A stretch of 62,949 bases of DNA, counting the filler, from Octopus bimaculoides (lineage: Eukaryota), in assembly GCF_001194135.2 (NCBI RefSeq). It is 3 parts of 2 records of this genome, joined end to end, with 100 filler letters (N's around TTAATTAATTAA, not from the genome) between each part and the next. Parts side by side here need not be neighbours in the genome. Positions count along the whole stretch, not along the records: positions 52,923 to 62,949 come from NC_068999.1; 2 more parts are not named here. One strand, written 5' to 3'. This document shows positions 52,954-62,949 of this stretch, piece after piece (positions within the stretch are counted from its first letter, which is position 1; the number at the start of each line of letters is the position of its first letter). The position numbers and the translations under genes are program-made. The notes beneath the pieces were generated by a model. That model ran no database searches, was not told the origin of the DNA, and saw only the letters and a list, made by a program, of their open reading frames with translations.

Positions 52954-55017
52954 AATCTCTCTCTCTCTCACTCTATCTGAGCGTAATGAATATCTAGTTA
53001 GCTGCACCAAATCGTCGGCGAATAATGATCTCATTCCCTCGCATCTGTTAGTTAGAGGCCGGTGTGAGTTGGTGAATATGTTCTTGTCAATCAATTTGAT
53101 GAACTTCTTTTAATTGGAGTCAAAAATTCTAGTTAATCTGTCAGTTTTTTCTTGTTGTTGGAAATAGACTGAGCACACAACAATAAATACGATGTTGTCC
53201 ATGATAAAACCAGCTGTATATTTTATTACAGAATGAACTACAGAGAGATATTACTCAGGAATACCATTGACCTGTAAATAACAATTGTCATATTTTCTCA
53301 CATTTATTGCAGTGAATATTAAAAAGTTAATTAGAAGTAGTTATATGGTGAGGAAAATATAAATTTAATCAACGTCAGTAATCTATTCTCTACAATATAT
53401 TTACTTTCACGTCTTCCCATGTAAAATATTGTTCACCCACTGAGGGATTCTTCTAATAACTGCTTCAGCATATACAGCAGCATCATTACATTACTGAGGA
53501 GCTTTAATAACACAGAAACATGTCACTGCTTGCAGCATAATTAATCTAATGACAGCCATTAAAAAACATTTATTTTCTTCGCTGTACAATTATTTATTTG
53601 TACTTAGTTTTCTTTTTTACAGCTCTATGCATCAAATAAGGCAATACTGCTGTTGTTTTTTTAATAACTTGTTATACAAAACTATTGTGAGTTAAGTTTT
53701 CTTAGTTACAAACTGTCTTGGTAGAATACGAACCGACAACCTTTCAGATCCTTCTTTGATACTTGTTTAACCACTCAGCTATGTAGCACTGGTATCAATG
53801 CTAGGTAGTTGAAATGTTCAGAAAGCTGGTTTATCAACGATAGTCGAAGAGAGTAAGGTCGCTACTTCTGTTTGTACTTGACCAACACTTACATAACTTT
53901 GTAAAAGAAACAATCGTGCATTTCTTGAAATACAACGAGCTGAAACACCTGTATTATTTATTCAGTTGGTTTCATGGGGAGAGCAATTATTTACCTGTTT
54001 AATTAACACGTGTATTGCACATAAAGAAGACGTAACATGTTTTGCTTCGAGTCAAGCAATACGTGCACGAAATCTCAACACGAACATGCCTTTTTTTTTT
54101 CTCAAGTTAGAATTCTCATCTATAATACATAGATATTGTCCACGCTAAGATTTATAACTGTTTTGTAATTATTGACTATACAGGCAAAACTGTAGACAAT
54201 TGAGCAGGATAAATAATAGCACTATCGGAATAATAGTAAAAATACGGAGAAAGTTTAACTTTTTGTTGATTTCCTATCGGCTTTTTGTTTCACATATTCC
54301 CAATCTTTCTTTTTTTCTCACCAACCCTTAGTTTGTTTCTTTTAGAGCAAGGTCTAGCGGAGATTTTCTGAAATACATCAAACATCAACGGTTCTTCAAC
54401 TTTCTAAATTTTAATGAAAGCAGGACCATCAGTTATGTTGTATATGATACACTTCTAGCTAACTTGCGCACTTTTTAGCTAACGTTTGAGCAGATTTTGG
54501 ATAGCAAGTTTCTTTCTGAAAGAGAGTGCTAACGCATTTCGTCCACGGTGCTCTGCATTATAGGAGTGAGACTACCATTACAGTAGGATCACATATTGAA
54601 TACGGTGCTGCTGCTATGCTCGCAGATATTGGAGACCTCTGACTGAATGAGATAATCTCACTCTCCACCCCCTATATCGACAAGATCAATGACTCATTGA
54701 GTCTTCTATTGTTTCTCATATTGATGTTTTGAGAGTGACATATGTTGCAAATACAACAGTAAGGCCTGACTAGTTTAAATTTCTGGAAAAGAAGGGGTAT
54801 TCTAGGTGAATAATATGAAGTGGAACAGTGCCCTCAACTTTTGAAAGAGATGTAAAGGCGCCCGAGTGTCATACGGCGTGCGAAAAAGAATTTTAAAAAC
54901 TAGCGGAGCCATCTGTCTCTAGGCCTGAACGCAGTCGATTTTTTTCCAAAGATAAAGAGTGCGAAAAAGACAGAGATGAAGAGGAGGAGAGAGAGGAAGA
55001 AAAAATAATCGACACTA

Positions 55018-55145
55018 CTTGACTGGTACTTTATTCATCGATCTCAAAATGATCAGAGGTAAAGTTTACATCAGTGGGATGTAAACTCAGTCTGGAACGA
55101 ATGCCGCAAAGCGTTTTCTCTGAGGCTGTAACGATTCTGCCAACT
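55018..55145 (-). mobile_element. SINE family C fragment
   Basis: gactggtactttattcatcga...aacgattctgccaact. Confidence 0.65.
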
Positions 55146-55299
55146 AACCATCACATTAGAGAAGACTCCTCCCAGAAATGAGATGAAGGGGTGTGATCTA
55201 CTTGCATATATCGAAAAACGTGAATTGCGGGCAATGGTACTGATTCTCCAACGGAGCAAAGAACTGCTTGGTGTCTAATAGTAACGATGCTGTACTCAC

Positions 55300-55413
55300 C
55301 TGCACCTACATTTGTGACCCGATATTTAGGCCAAGAATGACAATCAGGTTGATCGGTCAAGGCGTTGACCACTGGTTCGATATCACTTTTGATACTCCGT
55401 ATCTCTTGGTGTT
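55300..55413 (-). CDS. Candidate 114-nt phase 1-1 exon, product unknown
   Basis: Acceptor ctctggttag|AAC and donor GCAG|gtgagt enclose the open frame HQEIRSIKSDIEPVVNALTDQPDCHSWPKYRVTNVGA, in non-repetitive sequence. Confidence 0.3.
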
Positions 55414-56499
55414 CTAACCAGAGTGATATTTAGAGGGATTAAACAGGAGGAATTTACAAGTCCCAATAATGCCTGACGGTTCCCGAACTATATAATTGTA
55501 AATGAAGGAAACATTTTTAGTTTCCGATTTTATTCTACTCACTGGAATTTAATGCACCTTTTGGAACTCATTTGTATGCCACAGGGTATGAAAACAATTT
55601 GTTTTTAATATTTCCACTTCCGTTCACATTGAAAAGCCTCACGTCGACAGTGCTGCCCCGTAAACAATCACCAGTTCCAGGGAAAATAATACAGAACGGA
55701 GGAAAACAACTACTACACAGAAGAAACTGACATTGGAAAAAAAATACCCAATCGAAGAAAAATGAAAAACAAGAGAATATAGTCTCAATCACATTTCCAA
55801 AGATTTGTTAAGGTCTCTCAGCTACAACTAGTGGGGACAATGAGAAAAAGATGAAAAGAGATAGTGGAAACATCAGCGGAAACGAACGTCACATAAGCCT
55901 CTCTTCCCAGCAGTGTCACCCCATTCATTTGAGAAGACCAATCGGAGACTGACAGGGACCGACTGACATTTATGAAAACGCGAAAAATTCCCTTTTCCCT
56001 TAAACAATCAAGTGGCAACTAGGAAATGCGATGGGAATCCTTTCCCTGGTGAAGAGAAGTTCTTCGGAGAGAAGGAAATCAACTCCTGAGAAGGGGATCC
56101 CAACTCCCTAGAGACGGAGCTCCTTTCTTGGAATCCGTCTTCTGCGAAGTATAGAAGCCGAACTCCTTTCTCGATTGAAATTAACCCCACAACGCTGTTA
56201 TGTCTGAGCGTTTTAATTCACTTAGCTTTCACTTAGTACTTTCATTGCAAGTAATATGACTAGTGTATGTATATCGATTATTTCTATCCTTGGGTCTATT
56301 GGTTATAACTGTTTGGCGCTTCCGTAGTACTCCTATCTGGTTTTCTCCTTCATTTTTCTATGTTCTAACTTATCAGTTTCATCTCTTCTTAAATATTTAC
56401 TGCAGTAGTTATCTTATAATGTTTTGATCCCACTTGCCATGACGATTGTATTTTCAGATTCAGTTAATTAGCTACATATAAAAGTGGATGGCCTTGAAA

Positions 56500-56695
56500 A
56501 TATTTTCAAAGTTTGGCATATGGCGAGCAAATTTCGGAGAGAGGGTAAGTCGGTTTCATCGACCACAGTGTTCAACTGGTACTTATTTTCTTGAACCCGA
56601 AAGTCGACCTCAATGGCATTTTACCTCAGAGCACACCGACGGAGAAATGCCGTTAAGAATTTTTCCCGGCTTGTTAACGATTCTGCCAGCCTTGA
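56500..56695 (-). mobile_element. SINE family C
   Basis: Family motifs as above. Confidence 0.7.
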
Positions 56696-56799
56696 TGACT
56701 TTGAAAATATTAAAGACTAGTTTTATCATCAACAGCCAAGTCACTTCAAATTTTTAAGTATCACTGGAAATGAAAGATGAAGGGCAGAACCTTCATCTC

Positions 56800-57400
56800 C
56801 AAGATGAAAGTTTTGTCCTTCATAAAGTTTTATGAAATGTGGGTGAAAATTAATTTGTATGAGAGGTCGATCTTTACATTCTGCAGAGTGATACTACATT
56901 CAGGAAAGGAACCTCGTAGAGGATTGTGTGCAACAGAAGTCGTGAGTAATATGATATTTTGTTTTGGGCCCAGTGGTGGTCGTAGTGTTGGCAGTGTAGA
57001 AGCAGATGTTGTATCGTTGGTGAGCACATTTAAAAGTTCCTGGTTGTGTGAACCCGACCGCTGTGGAGGTATTTATTAGGTGATTTCTGAGAACCTTATC
57101 TTTTTTCCAAGGCAAGGAGAGGTGGCGCAGGAAAGATAGGAGCAGTTATGGTGACGGATAGTATGTTATAAATAAAAAATGAAGACTACATTCTCGGGCA
57201 GAGTTTGCGTGAACAAGCAAGTTCTGATGACTTCACAAAGACTACAGAACTGTGGAGATGTATCTGTGAACGCAGAGTATGAAGCAATTAGACTGGAAGT
57301 ACTGGGTAACAAGTTCTGTTTTAATACGTTTTGTAGTAAGAACCAATTTGGGGTCTTTTTTCGGAGGAGTTCAAAAGGCAATGTGAAAGAGACAGCGAAA
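56800..57400 (-). mobile_element. Penelope-like element relic (RT-thumb to GIY-YIG region)
   Basis: With a frameshift it reads TITAPIFPAPPLLA / WKKDKVLRNHLINTSTAVGFTQPGTFKCAHQRYNICFYTANTTTTTGPKTKYHITHDFCCT. This matches the IFP.PPL.A..RDKNLRD.L...PGTFPC...C..GPK...F.CT pattern of Penelope elements. Confidence 0.75.
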
Positions 57401-58249
57401 GGGAGAGAGAGAGGATGAGTGAGTGAATGAGTGATTGATTGATTGAATGAGTGAGTGAGTGAGTGAGTGTGTGAGTGAGTGAGTGGGTAAATGAGTGAAA
57501 CGAACCGTTTCAGAGGCAGTGACAATAACAATAGGTCCTCTCTCCGTCTTTTCCCCTCTCAATCCTTTCTGTCGAAGAGTGTAGACTTGAAATGTCAAAC
57601 ATTTCTCCATTCTTCCCGAGCGGTAAACAAATACACCGGCTTGTTTTTCCTTCACCTGTCTTCGTCTTTTATTTTCTGTAAATTCGAACTATATACATAT
57701 ACATATATATATACACACACATATATTTATATATACATATATAAATATCTATACAGACACACACACGCACACACATACACATATACACATATGTATAATA
57801 ACACAAATGAGCTGAGTCTCATTACAGCTGTTTCAGGCGTGTTTTTATTCATGAGCAATTCAATAACATCATGTAAAAAAGAAATTTTGTCATCAGGTGA
57901 ATTGAAAAATAAAATATGATAATATATATAGTCGAAATTTATCGAAAAACAAAAGGCGAAGACAAGTATATATACATAAATAATTATAAATAAGGGCAAA
58001 AGAAAAAAACTTTCCTATGCCAATATGATGAAAGATAGACCTTAGAACGTCTAACCACATGCAATACTTTTTCACTATAAATACACAGCCCGCTGAAGCG
58101 AGGAAAGCAAGCTAACAAAAGTTTTTTATTAAATTCGTTATTCCCGAATCGGACCGATTTCTGGATTAATCCAAAAGGATTCTTCCTTCCTCAGCGAGAA
58201 ATACGATAAGAATAAGTGGAATACTCACTTATAGTCACAGAAAAGGGCG

Positions 58250-58600
58250 AGGGCGTGGCTGTGTGGTTAAGATCTTTGCTTTTGTTTCGGGTTCAATGCC
58301 ACTGTGTGGAACCTCAAGAAAATCTTCTACTTCAGCTGTTCAATGACCTGTAAGAGAATTTTGTGGACAGAAACTATATGGAAACTTTTCATATATAGAT
58401 ATGACCGCAGCCAAGCGGCTGTGTTCATATTAGAACAGAAATGTGTGTATGTGTGTGTGTGTGTATGTGTGTGTCTGTCTGTGTCTGTATGTTTGCGTGT
58501 GTGCGTGTGTGTGTGTGGCTGTCCCCTGCCCCGATCGACAACCGATGTTGAAGTGTTTTGTGTCTTAACAAAAGAGATTCACAGAATAAGTACAGACGTT
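58250..58600 (+). mobile_element. SINE family A, decayed
   Basis: Head, (TG)n and a partial tail. Confidence 0.7.
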
Positions 58601-58688
58601 CAAAAATAATTACAGGGTTCTTAACGCTTGTATGTGTGAATATACTCTGGTGGTAAAATACAAAATAATATCAACATCATCATCATCA

Positions 58689-58756
<68 letters not shown>

Positions 58757-59569
58757 GTTCAGTAGTTTTATTTTTATAACGTGCTTTCACTTCACTACCG
58801 AGCGCAGCTCTGTGCGCCTTGGGTATGTGCTGTGGTGCTCTTATGTTTACTGTATTGAAAGTGTTTTGCGTAGAATGTGTGCAGTACCCAGTAGTGCAAT
58901 TTTCTGTATGTTATATATATTTGTAAGTCCTGGTGTTTTTGTTATGCATTTGTCTGAATATTTTCTTATTATACCTAAGGCACCTACTATGATAGGAATT
59001 GTTTNNNNNNNNNNNNNNNNNNNNNNNNNNNNNNNNNNNNNNNNNNNNNNNNNNNNNNNNNNNNNNNNNNNNNNNNNNNNNNNNNNNNNNNNNNNNNNNN
59101 NNNNNNNNNNNNNNNNNNNNNNNNNNNNNNNNNNNNNNNNNNNNNNNNNNNNNNNNNNNNNNNNNNNNNNNNNNNNNNNNNNNNNNNNNNNNNNNNNNNN
59201 NNNNNNNNNNNNNNNNNNNNNNNNNNNNNNNNNNNNNNNNNNNNNNNNNNNNNNNNNNNNNNNNNNNNNNNNNNNNNNNNNNNNNNNNNNNNNNNNNNNN
59301 NNNNNNNNNNNNNNNNNNNNNNNNNNNNNNNNNNNNNNNNNNNNNNNNNNNNNNNNNNNNNNNNNNNNNNNNNNNNNNNNNNNNNNNNNNNNNNNNNNNN
59401 NNNNNNNNNNNNNNNNNNNNNNNNNNNNNNNNNNNNNNNNNNNNNNNNNNNNNNNNNNNNNNNNNNNNNNNNNNNNNNNNNNNNNNNNNNNNNNNNNNNN
59501 NNNNNNNNNNNNNNNNNNNTGTCTATTTCTTTTGCATTTAGTTTAGCCCAGTATTTACCATGTAGGGGC

Positions 59570-59572
<3 letters not shown>
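58757..59572 (-). mobile_element. 5'-truncated R4/Dong-like LINE, copy 1 (spans a gap)
   Basis: The upstream piece translates as KPLHGKYWAKLN (K.LHG motif), and the downstream piece as TIPIIVGALGIIRKYSDKC..IQKIALLGTAHILRKTLSIQ*, then a 3' UTR. (TAA)n lies on both sides. Confidence 0.8.
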
Positions 59573-59624
<52 letters not shown>

Positions 59625-59961
59625 GTTCAGTAGTTCTATTTTTATAACGTGCTTTCACTACACTACCGGGCGGAGCTCTGTGTGCCTTGGGTATGTGCTG
59701 TGGTTTGCTGTGATGCTCTTATGGTTACTGTATTGAAAGTGTTTTGCGTAGGATGTGTGCAGTGCCCAGTAGTGCAATTTTCTGTATGTTATATATATTT
59801 GTAAGTCCTGGTGTTTTTATTATGTATTTGTTTGAATATTTTTTTATTATACCTAAGGCACCTACTATGATAGGAATTGTTTCTGTTTTTAGATTCCTCA
59901 TTCGAGTTACCTCTATTTCCAGGTCTTTGTATTTTGAAAGTTTTTCCATTTCTTTCAGGGA
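59625..59961 (-). mobile_element. 5'-truncated R4/Dong-like LINE, copy 2
   Basis: EKLSKYKDLEIEVTRMRNLKTETIPIIVGALGIIKK...IQKIALLGTAHILRKTLSIQ* and a 3' UTR, with (TAA)n on both sides. Confidence 0.85.
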
Positions 59962-59962
59962 A

Positions 59963-60043
<81 letters not shown>

Positions 60044-60085
60044 TATTATTTTTGTTAATATCATTATTGTTGTTGCCGTTGTTAT

Positions 60086-60300
60086 TAAGGTAGCGAGCTG
60101 GCTGAATCGTCAGCACGCCGGGCAAAAGCTTAGCGGTATTTTATCCGTGATTATGATCTGAGTTCAAATGCCTGCGAGGTCGACTTTGCCTTCAATCTTT
60201 TTGGGGTCGATAAAATAAGTACCAGTTGAAGACTGGGGTCGATATAAACAACCAGTCCCCTCCCCCTATATTACTGCAATCGTAACAAAATTTGAAACGA
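60086..60300 (+). mobile_element. SINE family C
   Basis: aaggtagcgagctggctgaatcgtcagcacgccggg...ggggtcgataaaataagtaccag. Confidence 0.8.
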
Positions 60301-61626
60301 TTATTATTATTATTATTAGTAGTAGTATTATTATTATCATTATTATTGTTGTTGTTGTTGTTGTTGTTATCATCATCATCATCATCATCATCAGTAGTAG
60401 TAGTAGTCCTTCGTGTTTTGAACTTCTAAGTCGATAGCATAGTTGGACTTTACTTCGACTTTACTTTGAAATCGTGAAATTTAATCGCGTGACTAATATT
60501 GAATTAATCACGAAGAGTTTCTAAAAGTTCCAGAAAATTCTTCTGAAGAGAGTCAAGTGCAAACATCAGAACATTTTCTTATAGATGAATAATAATAATA
60601 ATAATAATAAACAGAAATGTGTGGGTAATGTAAAGTGGGGACGGGGTGGTGGTGTACAGCAAAGACTTTTCTATTTCCAAGTTAAAAAGGGGGATGACAG
60701 TGTGTGGTACTGCTGCTGCGTGTAGCTGCAGTGTTAGTAATGATGATGATGATGGTGGTGGTGGTCGTGGTGGTGGTGGTGGTGGTCGTCGTCGTCGTCG
60801 TTATGATGATGATGATAATGATGATGATGATGAACGATTAATGTTAGTTATGTTGAAGGATGGAATAACAGTGGATGTAGGAAATGTTCTCTCTATTGTC
60901 TGCTCTCCAACTGTTATTATAATTTTTAACCAATACCACATGGCAGAAACCTTTCGATTGTCGTGCGTTGAAGTTTCTTACAACCTTCATTTCACTTCGA
61001 TCTTCCTCTGACACCGACCGAGTCGTATCCTATCATCTCGTTTCGATCAAACTGGTCTCCTACGTCCAGAGGAGAAAACACTGGCGGCACTGCGTGCTGA
61101 ATCCCCAGTGGTCATGCTGTCAGCAGCTTGCAACTAGAGACAAATGGCCGGATCTCATGGACAGTCGGCATTGCTTTTCTTACCTTGTTATCTTCATCTT
61201 CTTTATCTCAATGGAATCATGCAAACGCTGTTAGAAGTTCTACAATCGTGTCTTGCATGACCTTTGACACGGAGCATTGACTTCAAAATCAAATGTTTTC
61301 CTGTTATTTCCCCTGTGCAGGATTTAGTATAATTTCTCTTGATTGATTGCGAATTTATTTTGTCCGTTTTCTCTTTGCATTACACATACATACACTCACA
61401 CACAGAGGCGTATATAATTATACATGCATACATTTACACACACATTCATGTCTCTAACTATATATAAATATGTGTGAGTCTGCGTGTGTGTGTATATATT
61501 GTATGTCTATGTAAGTAAATATCTGTATGTAGGAAAACGCACATACAACGGTATTACAACACTTACATATAGCAATAGATATATAAACATTTGGACGTTT
61601 CAAATATCTCTCTGTCTATCTTTATG

Positions 61627-61687
<61 letters not shown>

Positions 61688-61805
61688 TTGTTTGTCTGTC
61701 TGTCTATATCAATATATTTTAATAACTATACATATATATACATATTTATTTATTTATTTGTGTGTACGCATAGTTATTGTTATATATTGATATAGACAGA
61801 CAAAC

Positions 61806-61854
<49 letters not shown>

Positions 61855-62142
61855 GATAGACAAACATACACACACACATACACACATACATACATACATA
61901 CATACATACGTAGGTACATACATACGTGGTGTTTGACCAGGAATGAGAAAAAGTACTCAATACATAAAATAGACACTGAATATTAGAGTAATATACACGC
62001 ATATACGTGTATAAATACATAAATTCATACATAAAACATGCATAGAAACAAGCACATGCGTGCGTGTGAGTGTGTTTATGTGTCTATCAGTTTACCCTTC
62101 TATTTTTAACACTGTCTGTCTGTCTGTCTGTCTGTCTCTTTT

Positions 62143-62173
<31 letters not shown>

Positions 62174-62669
62174 ATCTATCTCTCTCTGCCTGTCTGCCTG
62201 TCTCTATTTCTGTCTCTCTATATATGTATGTATGAATGTATCTATACAATTATATATATGTAGTACAATTCCGTCACAGTTATGATTCCGATTTATTCCA
62301 AAAGACATTGAACTTCTGGACTGTTCCAGATTTCTAACCATTCTCCAAATATCCCACTGGACTTTGTCCTCGCACTCACTGAACACTAAACATAACATAC
62401 AGATTATTGTAGCTCCGATTTCATAATAACATTTAATTATCTATTGATATCCACACATACACTTTGACACCCATCTGCGTATACTCATAAATGTTCACAA
62501 GGACACATTCACAGATGCAAGCAGCCATGCATGTACTGGCTTATGAATATATTCATACATATCTACCACACACTATGTCTATTTGTGTATGTATGTATTG
62601 TTTGTACGTGCATGTGCGCCCGCATGCTTGCGTATGGAAATATACATGCTCGTGTATACAGTGTATGTA

Positions 62670-62850
62670 TTTGGAGCACCACCTTGAATGGTTTTTAGTA
62701 ACACAAATCGACACCAGGACATATTTTTCTAAAGAGTAGTACTTATTATGTCGGTAAATTTTGCCGAACCGGTAAATTACGAAGACGTAAACACACCAAC
62801 ACAGGTTATCAAGCGGTGATGGGGGAACAAATACAGACACAAAGACACAC
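62670..62850 (-). mobile_element. SINE family A tail
   Basis: ggagcaccaccttgaa...ttttgccgaaccg...aagcggtgatggggg. Confidence 0.75.
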
Positions 62851-62915
62851 ACACATAAGTATTCACATGCATACATACATACATACATACATACATACAT
62901 ACATACATACATGCA

Positions 62916-62949
<34 letters not shown>

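Noticed and set aside
52960-53100. SLFADDLV on the minus strand, resembling the RT catalytic motif
   Set aside because: It is an isolated short match with no other RT motifs and is cut by a gap. It could be a tiny LINE remnant but cannot be supported.
60990-61110. Minus-frame DQFDRNEMIG resembling a C2-domain motif
   Set aside because: The frame is short and stop-bounded, with no convincing splice pair.
1-62949. CRISPR-like arrays, rRNA genes or true tRNA genes
   Set aside because: No regularly spaced repeat-spacer array is present. tRNA-like boxes occur only as SINE heads without a full cloverleaf, and no rRNA-like sequence was seen.

Overview
AT-rich, gap-riddled eukaryotic genomic DNA that looks like an octopus (coleoid cephalopod) genome. 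The evidence is dense (CA)n/(TA)n/(TCTA)n/(TAA)n microsatellites, three recurrent tRNA-derived SINE families, and decayed LINE and DNA-transposon fragments. No complete protein-coding gene is supported, and nearly all ORFs in the track are microsatellite or N-run artefacts. The recognisable coding-like segments are transposon relics: CR1-like RT, RTE 3' ends (one with two C2H2 fingers), R4/Dong-like RLE 3' ends inserted in (TAA)n, Penelope GIY-YIG, mariner, maT (DD37D-like), pogo/Tigger, and two probable piggyBac C-terminal relics. Two identical 100-bp artificial spacers (44 N + TTAATTAATTAA + 44 N) split the window into three joined pieces. By eye the first piece (1-23736) is strongly CpG-depleted and the rest is not, which suggests a methylated gene body. 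Two isolated candidate exons (740-939 and 55300-55413, minus strand) are weak. I found no convincing new biological system. The best leads are a LINE-SINE shared 3' tail, microsatellite-targeted LINE insertions, several long hairpins and the methylation-footprint boundary. All family assignments are motif recognition by eye, not database searches.
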